A DNA stretch of 64,000 bases from an uncultured Gammaproteobacteria bacterium (GCA_964362665.1 CAYIFB010000002.1:14404-78403); one strand, 5' to 3'; positions 46,022-56,890 are shown, counted from the stretch's first letter. Notes: generated from the sequence alone by a model not told the origin. Numbers and translations are program-made.

Positions 46022-46672
46022 TTAGAAAAATACTTCAGTAAAGATATTGTTTCCGTTAATTCCTTTTACGCTTAATATATCATAGACGTCGTTAATCATT
46101 GCCCGATTACCACATAAATAGTAAAGAGTATCAAGAGGTAGAGGTATTTTTTTTAGATAGTCGGTTACTCTTCCTGCAAAATCGCCGCCTTTTCCTTTAG
46201 AAACACAAGCTACATACTTTCCTTTACCATAATCCTTGCGGTCATATTGTTCAGATGTCAAGCGAATTCCGTGAAGAATTTGAAAGTCGATTTTGGGATA
46301 GGATTTCACGAAGGAATGAAAAGGAGCGATTCCGGTTCCCGATCCGATAAACATATATTTTTGTTTTGCGTTTGGGTTAATAAGTGTAAATTTACCGTAC
46401 GCTCCGTCAAGCGTAACAAATTCATCAGGTTTTAACTTACTAAGTCCTTCGGATACTGCGCCGCCTTTTACTTTTCTTATCAGAAACTCAAGATAGTTAT
46501 CATAAGCGCCGGAATAGGTGGAATATTCCCGGTTTACCGCACTGCCAACAAGTCCGATGTTAACACACTGGCCGGGTATGAATTTGAAGTTGTTGCGTGC
46601 GATTCGGAGAATAAAAGTTGATTTACTGAGGTGGCGGATTTCCAGCACAAGAGCCCGCTGCATTGTATTCAT
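46022..46672 (-). CDS. ferredoxin-NADP reductase-family FAD/NAD(P) oxidoreductase
   Basis: FIPGQ, REYS, GGAVS, GSGTGIAPF, YLCGN. Confidence 0.9.
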   Translation of the reverse strand: MNTMQRALVLEIRHLSKSTFILRIARNNFKFIPGQCVNIGLVGSAVNREYSTYSGAYDNYLEFLIRKVKGGAVSEGLSKLKPDEFVTLDGAYGKFTLINPNAKQKYMFIGSGTGIAPFHSFVKSYPKIDFQILHGIRLTSEQYDRKDYGKGKYVACVSKGKGGDFAGRVTDYLKKIPLPLDTLYYLCGNRAMINDVYDILSVKGINGNNIFTEVFF

Positions 46673-46807
46673 ATCTTATTTTACAAAACTTTTCTCATTT
46701 TTAAAATGGGAACGATACTTTATCTCCGATTATAAATTAGTTACAATAGATCTTACCTGCTTCAGTTTATATCATTTCATTACTCAAGGAAGAGATTTTT
46801 TATTTCT

Positions 46808-47911
46808 ATGAAAAAAATTTTAATCATTGAAACATCTCTTTTCCGCGGGGGAGGTAGAGGAGGATCCTTTCAACAAGCCAAATACTACCTGGATTTATTA
46901 AGCCAGCATGGTTATAACGCTGAGCTTTTTATAGGGGAAGCAAGGATGAACCAATATCTTCGAAGACTTAAACTAATTCGAAAGATCCGTACATCAGACT
47001 TTATTATCGGTTTCGGTACTCCTCTTCTTTGCAGTTATCTGCAGTGGTTAAGTTTTTTTCTTGGTAAAAAAGGGATTTTTTGCATAGACACTTACATTTC
47101 TTCACGTGACATCATCAAAGATCACCTCAAAAGGAATATATTTCCGGCAAAAATAATTTTTTATACGATCTTTTCTTCCTTATTGAACAAAATATTTATG
47201 TTTTTTTTGCCTCCAAAACTTAATTTAGTCACACTTTCTTCCTGCCATTATATTTTCGATAAACTGAAGTATACAAGATTAGGATGTGACGGAGACAGAT
47301 TTTTATATCCTAAAATAACATATAAAAAAAGAATAGGAGTACTAAATAAACATAAGACTGTTTTATTTTATGGAACTTTGTATCGGGGTCGGGGAGTGAT
47401 AGATTTGATTCAAGCATGCAGGATTCTTTGGAAAGAAAGCTACGACTTTAAACTAATTATACTCGGATGGCCTATAGACCCCTTTACAAAAAAGCAAATA
47501 GCGGGCGATATCATGGATATCGATAAGAGGAAAATAGTAGTAAAAGGTTATGTTACCAATATCGGGGAATATTTAAAAGAAGCAAGCGCTGTGGTTCTGC
47601 CCTTCCGCTATCCCTGTTCATTTCAGACCCCGTATACTTTACTTGAACCCATGGGTTTGGGAGTACCGGTGATTACGACTGATGTCGGGTCTCACTGCGA
47701 GTGGATTAAAGACAGGGACACGGGACTGATTTGCCAGAAGGAAAACCCCGGGGATTTAGCAGAGAAGATAGAGACTGTATTTAAGGATAAAAAACTTGTT
47801 GAGAGAATTACTACCGGAGCATATAGATTACTCAAAAAGAGATATCAAAAGAAAGATTTGCTTTTAGAAACTCTTAAAAAGTATGAAAGACAAATACTGG
47901 GCAAAAAATAA
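46808..47911 (+). CDS. glycosyltransferase family 4
   Basis: FYGTLYRGRGV, LLEPMGLGVPVITTDVG. Confidence 0.85.
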   Translation: MKKILIIETSLFRGGGRGGSFQQAKYYLDLLSQHGYNAELFIGEARMNQYLRRLKLIRKIRTSDFIIGFGTPLLCSYLQWLSFFLGKKGIFCIDTYISSRDIIKDHLKRNIFPAKIIFYTIFSSLLNKIFMFFLPPKLNLVTLSSCHYIFDKLKYTRLGCDGDRFLYPKITYKKRIGVLNKHKTVLFYGTLYRGRGVIDLIQACRILWKESYDFKLIILGWPIDPFTKKQIAGDIMDIDKRKIVVKGYVTNIGEYLKEASAVVLPFRYPCSFQTPYTLLEPMGLGVPVITTDVGSHCEWIKDRDTGLICQKENPGDLAEKIETVFKDKKLVERITTGAYRLLKKRYQKKDLLLETLKKYERQILGKK

Positions 47912-48623
47912 GTATAGTACAGTTGATCCGCTGGACTACGAAACGGCGCGTTTCCGTACGCACGCCGGAAAACTGATAGATGAAACAGAAAAAAGAGCGG
48001 TATTAGATTTACTACTGAATTCGGGGGTAGATTATAAGAAAGAACCGAAGATACTGGATGTGGCAACTGGTCCCGGAAGGCTTGCGTTTTATCTAAAGGA
48101 TAATTTACAAGAGGCTAAAATAACAGGTGTCGATATTAACGAAAATATGTTGAGAAGGGCCCGGGAGGTTGCTAGAGGAAAAAAATTAAATATAAATTTT
48201 ATCAAGGGAGATATTTATCATCTTCCATTTCAAGAAAAACAATTTGATGCAGTGACGGGATTGAGATTTTCCATGCACTTGCCGGATATTGATAGTCTTA
48301 TCAGGGAATTAGCTAGAGTACTCAAAAAAGACGGTATTTTAATCTTTGACATCTTCAATCTGGATAGTATATTAAAGTTGAGGTCTTCCGGTAAAAATCA
48401 CAGCCGTCAATTTTCAGGATGGTACAACATCTCTGATCTGATTGACATCTCATTTCAAAACGGACTGGAGTTTGTCCAAAAAAAAGGATTATTTCTGTGT
48501 GGCGAAACTAGTCTTCGAAAATTTCCGGAAAATCTGTTATTTATGCTTTCCGCGTTTGTCAGGCCGCCCTTATTTTTGCAGAATTTTTCCACTAAAATAG
48601 TCCTATGTTTCAGAAAAATATGA
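47883..48623 (+). CDS. class I SAM-dependent methyltransferase
   Basis: ILDVATGPG, GVDINENML, LPFQEKQFD. Confidence 0.9.
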   Translation: MKDKYWAKNKYSTVDPLDYETARFRTHAGKLIDETEKRAVLDLLLNSGVDYKKEPKILDVATGPGRLAFYLKDNLQEAKITGVDINENMLRRAREVARGKKLNINFIKGDIYHLPFQEKQFDAVTGLRFSMHLPDIDSLIRELARVLKKDGILIFDIFNLDSILKLRSSGKNHSRQFSGWYNISDLIDISFQNGLEFVQKKGLFLCGETSLRKFPENLLFMLSAFVRPPLFLQNFSTKIVLCFRKI

Positions 48624-49735
48624 ATATACTTGTTACAGGAGGCGCAGGCTTTATTGGCAGTTTTCTGGTGGACAGATTACTCAGAGAAGGACATAACGTC
48701 AGAATTATTGATAACCTTGAATCCCAAGTTCATCAAGGAAAAAAACCTAAATATCTCAATAAGGATGCGGAATTTATCAGGGCCGATATTTGTGATGAAG
48801 ACGCTTTGGATAAAGCCTTGAAATCAATTGATATAGTATTTCATGAAGCGGCGATGGTAGGGGTGGGACAGAGCATGTATGAAGTGATTAAATACACAAG
48901 GGTAAATGAGTTGGGAACGGCCACGCTTCTTGATCTTATCGTCAATAAACATAGGGATCATATTAAAAAAATGATAGTTGCCGCCTCCATGAGTGAATAC
49001 GGGGAAGGACTTTATAGTTGTAAAAAATGCGGTTTAGTGAAACCTGAATTACGGGAAGAAAATGATTTAGAAAATAAGCGATGGGAATCCGGATGTCCAA
49101 ATTGCCATAATTCATTATTACCAATACCTACAGATGAGACTACTCAATTAAATTGCCATTCAGTATATGCCATCAATAAAAGAACACAGGAGGATATGTC
49201 TTTAACTGTTGGTAAAGCATTTAAAATTCCCACAGTTGCCCTTCGGTATTTCAATGTTTATGGTCCCAGACAAAGTCTTTCAAATCCATATACTGGGGTA
49301 GCTGCAATATTTATTGGCCGTATAAAAGCGGGTAAACCCCCGGTAATATTTGAAGACGGGCTTCAAAGCCGCGATTTTGTATCAGTACATGATATTGTTG
49401 TAGCAAATATTGCCGTAATGAAAAAGAGTAGTGCTGATTATCAGATTTTTAACGTAGGATCAGGAAATAAAATTACCATACTGGATTTAGCAAAATTACT
49501 GATAAAAATATTTGGCAGTAACCTGCAAGCTGAGATTACAAATCAATTCAGAACAGGAGATATCCGCCACTGTTTTGCAGATATAACTAAAATAAAAAAA
49601 ACTCTTGGTTGGAAACCGGAAATAAGATTTGATGAAGGGATAAAGGAACTGATTGAATGGAGCTATGAAGAAAATTCAAAAGATATGTTTAATCAGGCAG
49701 AAAAGATCTTGAGGGATAAGGGGGTTATCAGATGA
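48620..49735 (+). CDS. NAD-dependent nucleotide-sugar epimerase/dehydratase with Cys-rich insertion
   Basis: ILVTGGAGFIGS, YAINK, LRYFNVYGP, RDFV; CKKC...CPNC insert. Confidence 0.92.
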   Translation: MNILVTGGAGFIGSFLVDRLLREGHNVRIIDNLESQVHQGKKPKYLNKDAEFIRADICDEDALDKALKSIDIVFHEAAMVGVGQSMYEVIKYTRVNELGTATLLDLIVNKHRDHIKKMIVAASMSEYGEGLYSCKKCGLVKPELREENDLENKRWESGCPNCHNSLLPIPTDETTQLNCHSVYAINKRTQEDMSLTVGKAFKIPTVALRYFNVYGPRQSLSNPYTGVAAIFIGRIKAGKPPVIFEDGLQSRDFVSVHDIVVANIAVMKKSSADYQIFNVGSGNKITILDLAKLLIKIFGSNLQAEITNQFRTGDIRHCFADITKIKKTLGWKPEIRFDEGIKELIEWSYEENSKDMFNQAEKILRDKGVIR

Positions 49736-50601
49736 AAAGGCTGGTTTCAATTGTTGTACCGACATTTAATTGTCAGGATATAATTGAGGATTGTTTAAAT
49801 TCTGTTAAGAAGCAGACTTACAAGAATATCGAGATAATAATTGTTGACAGTTTCAGTACTGATAGGACTCCTCAAATAGGGAGAAGATATGGCAGAGTTT
49901 ATTCATTTGGCCGTGATCCTGAGCAAAAAAATGTTTTTGCGGTGCCTTACCAGCGTAATTACGGAGCATTAAAGGCAAAAGGGGAATATGTTTATATCAT
50001 CGATTCTGATATGAGGTTAAATCCTGAAGTTGTAGAGTCTTGTGTTGAGTTAATAGAAAAGAAAGGCGCAGCTGCAATAATTGTTCCCGAAGTTTCATAC
50101 GGAGAAAGTTTCTGGGCCAGTTGTCGGGCTCTGGAAAAAGCATGCTACAACAGGAGTTCCCGATCTTTATCCGATGCGGCCAGGTTTGTAAAAAAAGGCG
50201 TTTGGAAAAACTTAGGCGGTTTGGACGAAACGTTGGGAGGGGGAGATGATTGGGATTTTCAATTGAGATTAAACGAACGCGGGTATAAGACTTTAAAAAC
50301 AAAAGTAGCAGTAATGCATTATGAAGGCAATTTATCGCTCGGCAAGCAAATTTATAAAAAATTCAGATACGGAAAGTCGGTACTGGATTATTTCAAAAAG
50401 CACAGGGATAAAAAAACTTTATTGGTAAAACAGTATTCTTTGATAAGGCCGGATTTTATCAGTAATATTGATCTTCTGGCGAAAGATCCTATTCATGCAA
50501 TTGGTATGATATTTATGAAAATAGTTGAATACGCGGCTGCTTTTTGCGGTTTGGTTTACTCACAGCTATTTAAAGAGGAAGTGAATATAAAGAATAAATA
50601 A
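49732..50601 (+). CDS. glycosyltransferase family 2
   Basis: VSIVVPTFN, VDSFSTD, IDSD. Confidence 0.9.
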   Translation: MKRLVSIVVPTFNCQDIIEDCLNSVKKQTYKNIEIIIVDSFSTDRTPQIGRRYGRVYSFGRDPEQKNVFAVPYQRNYGALKAKGEYVYIIDSDMRLNPEVVESCVELIEKKGAAAIIVPEVSYGESFWASCRALEKACYNRSSRSLSDAARFVKKGVWKNLGGLDETLGGGDDWDFQLRLNERGYKTLKTKVAVMHYEGNLSLGKQIYKKFRYGKSVLDYFKKHRDKKTLLVKQYSLIRPDFISNIDLLAKDPIHAIGMIFMKIVEYAAAFCGLVYSQLFKEEVNIKNK

Positions 50602-50604
50602 CCC

Positions 50605-51609
50605 ATGACAAATGAATATAAATTCAGTATCTGTATACCTACCTATAATGGGGCTGAGTATATAGGAGAAACGCTAAAAAGCATCTTTAAGCAAAGTTAC
50701 CGGAATTTTGAGATCATTATCAGTGATGACTGTTCAACTGATGATACCGTAAAGCGAATTAAAAGTTTTAAAGATAAAAGAATCCGGATTTATAAAACAC
50801 TTCATAATGTCGGATACGGTGATAACTTGAAAACTTTTAAAAGTAAGATTTCCGGCGACATCATGTTTATGATGGCTCAAGACGATTTGTTGACTCCTGA
50901 TGCTCTTCCGAAAATCAACCAGGCGTATCATCTGGATAAAGACATCGGAGCGGTAATCAGGCCTTACTACCAGTTTGACAGCGACCCCAGAATTCCCGTA
51001 CGTCGCGCGCCGCCGCCGGATCTGAATAACGATTTAATAGTCTCAATTTTTGCTGACAGAAAGATAATTGAAAAAGTGATCGAAGCCAGCGGTTTACTTT
51101 CGGCCATATCATACAGGGTAAAATATATGGATAGGGATTTCCACGCCCATGTTTTTCCTGCACACGCGTACCCGTTTTTTTCCATTTTTAAAAAACATAA
51201 GATAGTTTTCTTGCATGATTATATCGTTGCGGTGAGAATATTTTCCAGCCAGGCAAGGTTTAAGTCCAGCATTTATGAGCCATCACCTGTCGACACATGG
51301 GTAAAAATGTTTAACACAGTCTTGAAAGAGAAGAAGTATAACCAAGTGAGAGAAAACTGCATAGATTATGCAGCCAGAAATTATGTGGGTCTGGTGCAGA
51401 TAAGAAATTTCAGTTCATATAAAAATCTGTTGAGAGAAATATTAATTCACCTTAAATACAGATGGATCAATATCTTAAATCCCAGATTTTTGTCTTATTG
51501 TATAATATGTCTTTTGACGCCCAGGCTTTTCTTAATTAAAATAGTTGATGAATATAAAAAAAGAATTTTATCCGGAATTATAAAATCTGGCGTGGCAATA
51601 CGCTTATGA
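50605..51609 (+). CDS. glycosyltransferase family 2
   Basis: FSICIPTYN, SDDCSTD, AQDD. Confidence 0.9.
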   Translation: MTNEYKFSICIPTYNGAEYIGETLKSIFKQSYRNFEIIISDDCSTDDTVKRIKSFKDKRIRIYKTLHNVGYGDNLKTFKSKISGDIMFMMAQDDLLTPDALPKINQAYHLDKDIGAVIRPYYQFDSDPRIPVRRAPPPDLNNDLIVSIFADRKIIEKVIEASGLLSAISYRVKYMDRDFHAHVFPAHAYPFFSIFKKHKIVFLHDYIVAVRIFSSQARFKSSIYEPSPVDTWVKMFNTVLKEKKYNQVRENCIDYAARNYVGLVQIRNFSSYKNLLREILIHLKYRWINILNPRFLSYCIICLLTPRLFLIKIVDEYKKRILSGIIKSGVAIRL

Positions 51610-52349
51610 AGTTAAAATCATTAATTTCCAAATACCGATTATACATTTCGCCTCTTTTTTTGGCCCGTTATTATAATTTAAATTGCGTTAAAGAAACGGT
51701 TGATAAATACAAATTCCGCGGGACTGTGTTGGATGTCGGTTGCGGAGATAAACCGTATAAATATTTATTTAAGAACAGCACGGATTATAAAGGGATTGAT
51801 TTCAAAGAGCACTCCACTAATAATTGTTTTCCTTTCAGCGAGTTTCCCGATTACTACTTTCCAAAAGATTATGCAAAAACGTTTCGTCTTCCCTTTAAAA
51901 ATAATCAATTCGACCATGCTGTAGCTTTTCAGGTGCTGGAGCACCACCAGGATCCGGAAAAAATGTTTTCAGAAATATTCAGGGTCGTCAAAAAAGGAGG
52001 GTATGTACTGATAACAGCACCCTTTATTGGAGGTATTCACGGCGAACCGGATGATTATCAACGATATACGAAATACGGATTAATGGTGAGGGCAAAAAAA
52101 TATGGCGAAGTAGTAATTATTAAAGAACAAGGTTCAGTTTTTTCGGTAATCTCAACTCTTTTTGGAGAATTACTTATCAAGTTTACAGGTAAAAGCAAGT
52201 TGCATTATATTGTAGGAATGCTTGTGTTTCCGCCCTTTTTACTCTATTCCTATCTGGTATTAGTTCTTGATAAGATAATTAAATCTGATATTATTTTCAT
52301 AAATTATTTGATATTAATAAAAAAGAGAAAGGTTCAATTTGAAGGTTAA
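51606..52349 (+). CDS. class I SAM-dependent methyltransferase
   Basis: VLDVGCG, QVLEH, HGEPDDYQRYT. Confidence 0.9.
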   Translation: MKLKSLISKYRLYISPLFLARYYNLNCVKETVDKYKFRGTVLDVGCGDKPYKYLFKNSTDYKGIDFKEHSTNNCFPFSEFPDYYFPKDYAKTFRLPFKNNQFDHAVAFQVLEHHQDPEKMFSEIFRVVKKGGYVLITAPFIGGIHGEPDDYQRYTKYGLMVRAKKYGEVVIIKEQGSVFSVISTLFGELLIKFTGKSKLHYIVGMLVFPPFLLYSYLVLVLDKIIKSDIIFINYLILIKKRKVQFEG

Positions 52350-52372
52350 TAATTTAAAATTTGTTAAATGAT

Positions 52373-53125
52373 ATGAAATCAAACCGTTTAACCAGGAGAG
52401 AGTATTGGGACGACCATTGGAAGACGTTCAAACCGAAAATTATAACTGAAAAAAATATTCAAAACATATTTCCGAGCCTGTTTAAAAAATATTTACCTGT
52501 CAATCATAAGTTCCGTTGTTTGGAAGTAGGTTGTGTTCCGGGAGATTTATTAATCGCCTTAAATAAGATTTTTGGTTATAGGCCGGTTGGAGTTGATTAT
52601 AATAACAAGATTGATTTGATAAGAAAAAATATGAGGAAAAATGGAATTACAGACTATAAAGTCTATAAGGCGGATATTTTCAAGTTTGAGCCAAAAGAAA
52701 AATATGATGTGGTATGTTCGTTCGGACTGATAGAGCATTTTTCAGACCCAAAACCCTGTATCGGGAAAATGGCCAGTCTGGTAAGAAAAGGCGGCTATTA
52801 TATAGTTCATGTGCCAAATTTCAGATGGCTACAATATATAATCCATTATTTCAGCGATAAGGAATTGTTCGACACACACAATTTAAAATATATGGATATC
52901 GATAATCTGGAAAAAGTTATTCATGAAGTCGCGAGCGTCGAAACCATTTATGCAGGATATTTCGGCATAATTCAAGACTGGCCCAAAACGGGATTTTTAC
53001 CCATGGATATAATCCATTATTTAACTCATGGATTTAATATTATTGCCGATAAACTTGGATTAAATACGCTGCTTGCCAATCGATACACTTCAACTGATAC
53101 AGTATTTATCGGGAGAAAGTTGTAA
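52373..53125 (+). CDS. class I SAM-dependent methyltransferase
   Basis: LEVGCVPG, YDVVCSFGLIEHF, VPN. Confidence 0.88.
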   Translation: MKSNRLTRREYWDDHWKTFKPKIITEKNIQNIFPSLFKKYLPVNHKFRCLEVGCVPGDLLIALNKIFGYRPVGVDYNNKIDLIRKNMRKNGITDYKVYKADIFKFEPKEKYDVVCSFGLIEHFSDPKPCIGKMASLVRKGGYYIVHVPNFRWLQYIIHYFSDKELFDTHNLKYMDIDNLEKVIHEVASVETIYAGYFGIIQDWPKTGFLPMDIIHYLTHGFNIIADKLGLNTLLANRYTSTDTVFIGRKL

Positions 53126-53132
53126 CTCACTT

Positions 53133-54803
53133 ATGACCATTTTAGGCCTCACCTCACCTCTATCATGGAATCAGGCTGCAGCCATAGTGAAGAACGGGAA
53201 ATTATTGGCTGTCGTTGAGGAGGAACGTTTCAATCGGATAAAGCATTCGCCCAGGATGCCCCCCTATAAATCCATTGAATTTTGTTTGCGGTTCGCCAAA
53301 GTTTTGCCCCACGATGTTGATGCCATTGCTTTGGGTTACCGGAGTCCTTTTGCTTATTATTGGAGAAGCGTTTTGGAGAATTTGAAGGAGAGGGATTTTA
53401 AGCGTCTCATTCGTGAAGGCGGCGCTTTGGCTGAATATATTGTGGGGACCGTGAGATTGATGGAGTGGTTAGAGACGAAGGGATTCAGAATCAAAGGACA
53501 AAACAAAGCTGAAATAAAATTTTATCCGCACCATGTTGTTCATGCGGCAAGTGCCTACAGGTGTTCCGGTTTTGAAAAAGCTAATGTGATAACTCTTGAC
53601 GGACAGGGTGAAGATGATTCCGGATCCATTTGGGAAGCACGTGACGGGCGTATGAAAAAGATTCATAAGATAGGTCATCATCAGAGTATAGGATGGGTTT
53701 ATCATGAAACAACGGATATTTTAGGTTTTAAGCCGCACAGTCATGAGGGTAAAGTAATGGGGCTGGCCGGTTGGGGCAAAAAAAAATTACCCGTCGGTGA
53801 AATATGGGAAGCGGGAGAATTCGATTATAAATTAAAGCATGGATGGTGTAAAAAATTCTGGAAGAAGTTTGGGCCAAGGCGCAGGAGAGAAGATTCATTA
53901 ACAGAAAGGCATAAAAATATTGCCCTAACTGTGCAAAACTTTACTGAAAAAGCAGGTATTTCGCTTGTAAATAAAGCCTATAAAAAAACAGGAATGAATA
54001 AATTTTGTTTAGCAGGGGGAGTTGCACTGAATTGCGATATGAATGCTAAAATTTGGGAGCTGCCCTTGGTTGAAAAAATCTTTATACAGCCGGCCTCAGA
54101 TGATGCAGGAACCGCGATCGGTGGCGCATTGGAATTGGCAAATGAACTTTGTGAAAACGCTGATTTCGAGATGCGGCATGCTTATTGGGGTCCAGAGTAT
54201 TCCAACAGAGAGATAGAAACCGTTTTAAAAGAAGCAAAAATCAATTACGAAAAAGTTAAAGATATCGAAAAAATCGTTGCGCAAAAGTTAGCTGAAGGTA
54301 AAATAGTGGGGTGGTTTCAAGGCAGGCTTGAAATTGGACCAAGAGCTCTGGGTAACAGAAGTATTTTAGCCCATCCCGGGCTGCCCGGGATGAAAGACAA
54401 GATAAACAGGGAAGTCAAACATAGGGAATTATGGAGACCTTTTGCTCCCTCAATTTTACATGATAGAGGTGAAGAATATTTTGAAAATTATTGTTTCAAT
54501 CCTTTTATGCTTCTGACTTTGAAATGCAAGAAAAAAGCACTCAAAGATCTTTCACAGGCTATTCATATAGACGGAACAGCCAGACACCAGAGTGTCATTG
54601 CAGAGACCAATCCCAGGTATTATAAGTTAATTTCAGAATTTGCTAAAATTTCCGGAATTCCGGCAGTACTGAATACCTCATTTAATGATGCTGAAGAACC
54701 TCTAGTCAATTCTCCCAAAGATGCGATCAGGACATTTTTTGGAACAGGTTTGGATATGTTGGCTATTGGAGATTATATTGTCAGCAAGGGAAACTTATTT
54801 TGA
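53133..54803 (+). CDS. O-carbamoyltransferase (NodU/CmcH family)
   Basis: EEERFNRIKH, HHVVHA, EGKVMGLA, GGVALN, GPRALGNRSIL, RPFAP, LNTSFN. Confidence 0.93.
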   Translation: MTILGLTSPLSWNQAAAIVKNGKLLAVVEEERFNRIKHSPRMPPYKSIEFCLRFAKVLPHDVDAIALGYRSPFAYYWRSVLENLKERDFKRLIREGGALAEYIVGTVRLMEWLETKGFRIKGQNKAEIKFYPHHVVHAASAYRCSGFEKANVITLDGQGEDDSGSIWEARDGRMKKIHKIGHHQSIGWVYHETTDILGFKPHSHEGKVMGLAGWGKKKLPVGEIWEAGEFDYKLKHGWCKKFWKKFGPRRRREDSLTERHKNIALTVQNFTEKAGISLVNKAYKKTGMNKFCLAGGVALNCDMNAKIWELPLVEKIFIQPASDDAGTAIGGALELANELCENADFEMRHAYWGPEYSNREIETVLKEAKINYEKVKDIEKIVAQKLAEGKIVGWFQGRLEIGPRALGNRSILAHPGLPGMKDKINREVKHRELWRPFAPSILHDRGEEYFENYCFNPFMLLTLKCKKKALKDLSQAIHIDGTARHQSVIAETNPRYYKLISEFAKISGIPAVLNTSFNDAEEPLVNSPKDAIRTFFGTGLDMLAIGDYIVSKGNLF

Positions 54804-54844
54804 AAATGAGGTGCAACCTCGTTGAAAATGAGGTGCAACCTCGT
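54801..54844. repeat. 2 x 22-bp tandem repeat containing a GAGG-TGCAA-CCTC hairpin (REP-like)
   Basis: TGAAAATGAGGTGCAACCTCGT twice. Confidence 0.85.
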
Positions 54845-54908
54845 TAAACTGCTTGACAAAAACATGCTTAATAGCTATTTTATTTAGTAATATGAAGATA
54901 GGAGTTTT

Positions 54909-55805
54909 ATGAAATATATTATTTATTCTGTTATCGCCGTGCTACTTCTGGCAGGAGGCTTCTTTTTATTCAGAAACGGCGTGCCTTTTTTTGGCAATAA
55001 AACCACAGAAGCAAATTTACCTGATATACTTTTTTTAACCAGTCCCGTGACGGAGTTTACAGGCAAAGTCGATAAAGTTTCCGGCAATACAATCTGGGTT
55101 TCCGGAAAGTATTCCATAACTCCTCCTCCCACGCTTCCCAATAATCCCACAAACCGACCGGGGCAGGTGATTACGGTTCCTCCGCTTCCTCCGACAAAGA
55201 CTTTAACTTATAAAGTAAATATTGCCTCATTTACGCAAATAACCAGGCCCGATATTACTGTTACTTATTTATTGAATAAAAATACCCCGACACCTACTCC
55301 TAAATTAACCGTTAGTGATATTAAAACGGGGCAAATGGTAACCGTTTCCGTAACCCGTGACCTGCGCAGCAACTCTTCGAAAGAAGTTGAAGCATACACC
55401 ATAAAGTTGCCGCCTTTTATGAACAAACTGACAGGAAAAATCACAAGCATTAAAAGCAATGAAGGGCTGATAATTCTTAAAGCACTGACTCCGGCGCGGG
55501 TAGTTATGAATGAACCAACAACTGCACCGGTCGAGAATGAATATGCTGTTTCAGTGACCCAGGCAACAGAAATATCACTTATGGGTACTGCTGAAACTCC
55601 AAAAACAGGAGTTTCCCCCAAACCTCCCAAACCCATCAAATATGAAATTACCGATCTAAAAGAGGGTAACCAGATCACAGTCTATGCTGATTCAGATGTG
55701 ATTGACAATCATAAAATAAAGGCCTTGCGTATCGAACCTCCGGCTGATTTTATGCCTTTGGAACTCTCCAAAACACCTACTTCTACCGTATCACCCAAGA
55801 AATAA
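54909..55805 (+). CDS. membrane-anchored protein with two OB-fold-like repeats
   Basis: N-terminal TM segment; two repeats of TGK(V/I)...T.I...(D)IK.G..(V/I)TV. Confidence 0.65.
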   Translation: MKYIIYSVIAVLLLAGGFFLFRNGVPFFGNKTTEANLPDILFLTSPVTEFTGKVDKVSGNTIWVSGKYSITPPPTLPNNPTNRPGQVITVPPLPPTKTLTYKVNIASFTQITRPDITVTYLLNKNTPTPTPKLTVSDIKTGQMVTVSVTRDLRSNSSKEVEAYTIKLPPFMNKLTGKITSIKSNEGLIILKALTPARVVMNEPTTAPVENEYAVSVTQATEISLMGTAETPKTGVSPKPPKPIKYEITDLKEGNQITVYADSDVIDNHKIKALRIEPPADFMPLELSKTPTSTVSPKK

Positions 55806-55836
55806 AAGAATACAATCTGTTGGGATAAGCGATAAT

Positions 55837-56877
55837 ATGAGACATAGCGATAAATTTATTACGAGAATAGAAGAAATGTTTCATTATTTATCCCTAGGAA
55901 AAAAAGAAGTTCAACCCTCGAAATTCTGGATTAAGCTAAATAAGCTCCATATGAAAGAATTGTCCCGTGATGGATTTGACAATATTAAACAGACAGTCGT
56001 ACGGAAATATTTCGCCAATACCCCGCTCTTTTTTATGAATAAACAAGTCCTTTTTTTAGTTCTGAATTTAAATCCTTTGTCGACGATGAAGAATCTTATC
56101 AGAAGTTTTATCATTCACAAACATTCTTTTTTTAGCCGCCTAGATTCTGCAAGTTATAATTTTCTCACGCTTATGATTTGGGATTATGTGAAATTACATG
56201 ATAAAGATAAACTACTTCAGTTGTTGGAAGAACCGTTGATTGGTAATCCTCCCAGGATTTACGATCATAAAAAACTGGTTTCCCAGGATCTGGCTAATTC
56301 TGTGATGGAATATAAATCTATGATCGAGGGAATAAAAAATAGAAAGGCATTAAAGACAATTTGTGAATTAGGGGCAGGATCCGGCAGGAATGCCTTTGTT
56401 TTTCTGTCGCTGATGCCGGGAATCAAATATATTATCATAGATATTCCTCCGGCTCTGGCTATATCAGAACGGTATTTAAGCCAGGTTTTTCCCGGGAAAA
56501 AAATATTCCGTTTCCGCTCTTTTAAAACTTTTAGTGAAATAAAAGACGAATTTAGAGAAGCTGATATCCTGTTTTTTCTCTCAAGCCAGATTGAAAAGCT
56601 TCCGAAAGGGAGTGCTGATCTTTTTATAAATATTTCCTCATTGCATGAAATGCGCATGGATCAGGTAAAATATTATTTAAAACAGATTGAAAGATTGACC
56701 AGAAAAGGAGGATATTTTTATTTTAAGCAGTGGAAAATCGCCTATGTTCCATATGAGGATATCTATATTAATCAGGTGGATTATAAGCTGAAACTTCAGT
56801 GGAAAAAAATTTTTGTGAGAGAAGCCAAGATACAGACCAAGTTTTTTGAGGCGCTCTACCGGCTTGAAAAGTATTAA
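55837..56877 (+). CDS. putative sugar O-methyltransferase
   Basis: ICELGAGSGR, IIDIPP, DLFINISSLHEM. Confidence 0.85.
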   Translation: MRHSDKFITRIEEMFHYLSLGKKEVQPSKFWIKLNKLHMKELSRDGFDNIKQTVVRKYFANTPLFFMNKQVLFLVLNLNPLSTMKNLIRSFIIHKHSFFSRLDSASYNFLTLMIWDYVKLHDKDKLLQLLEEPLIGNPPRIYDHKKLVSQDLANSVMEYKSMIEGIKNRKALKTICELGAGSGRNAFVFLSLMPGIKYIIIDIPPALAISERYLSQVFPGKKIFRFRSFKTFSEIKDEFREADILFFLSSQIEKLPKGSADLFINISSLHEMRMDQVKYYLKQIERLTRKGGYFYFKQWKIAYVPYEDIYINQVDYKLKLQWKKIFVREAKIQTKFFEALYRLEKY

Positions 56878-56890
56878 ATTAACCCCAATC

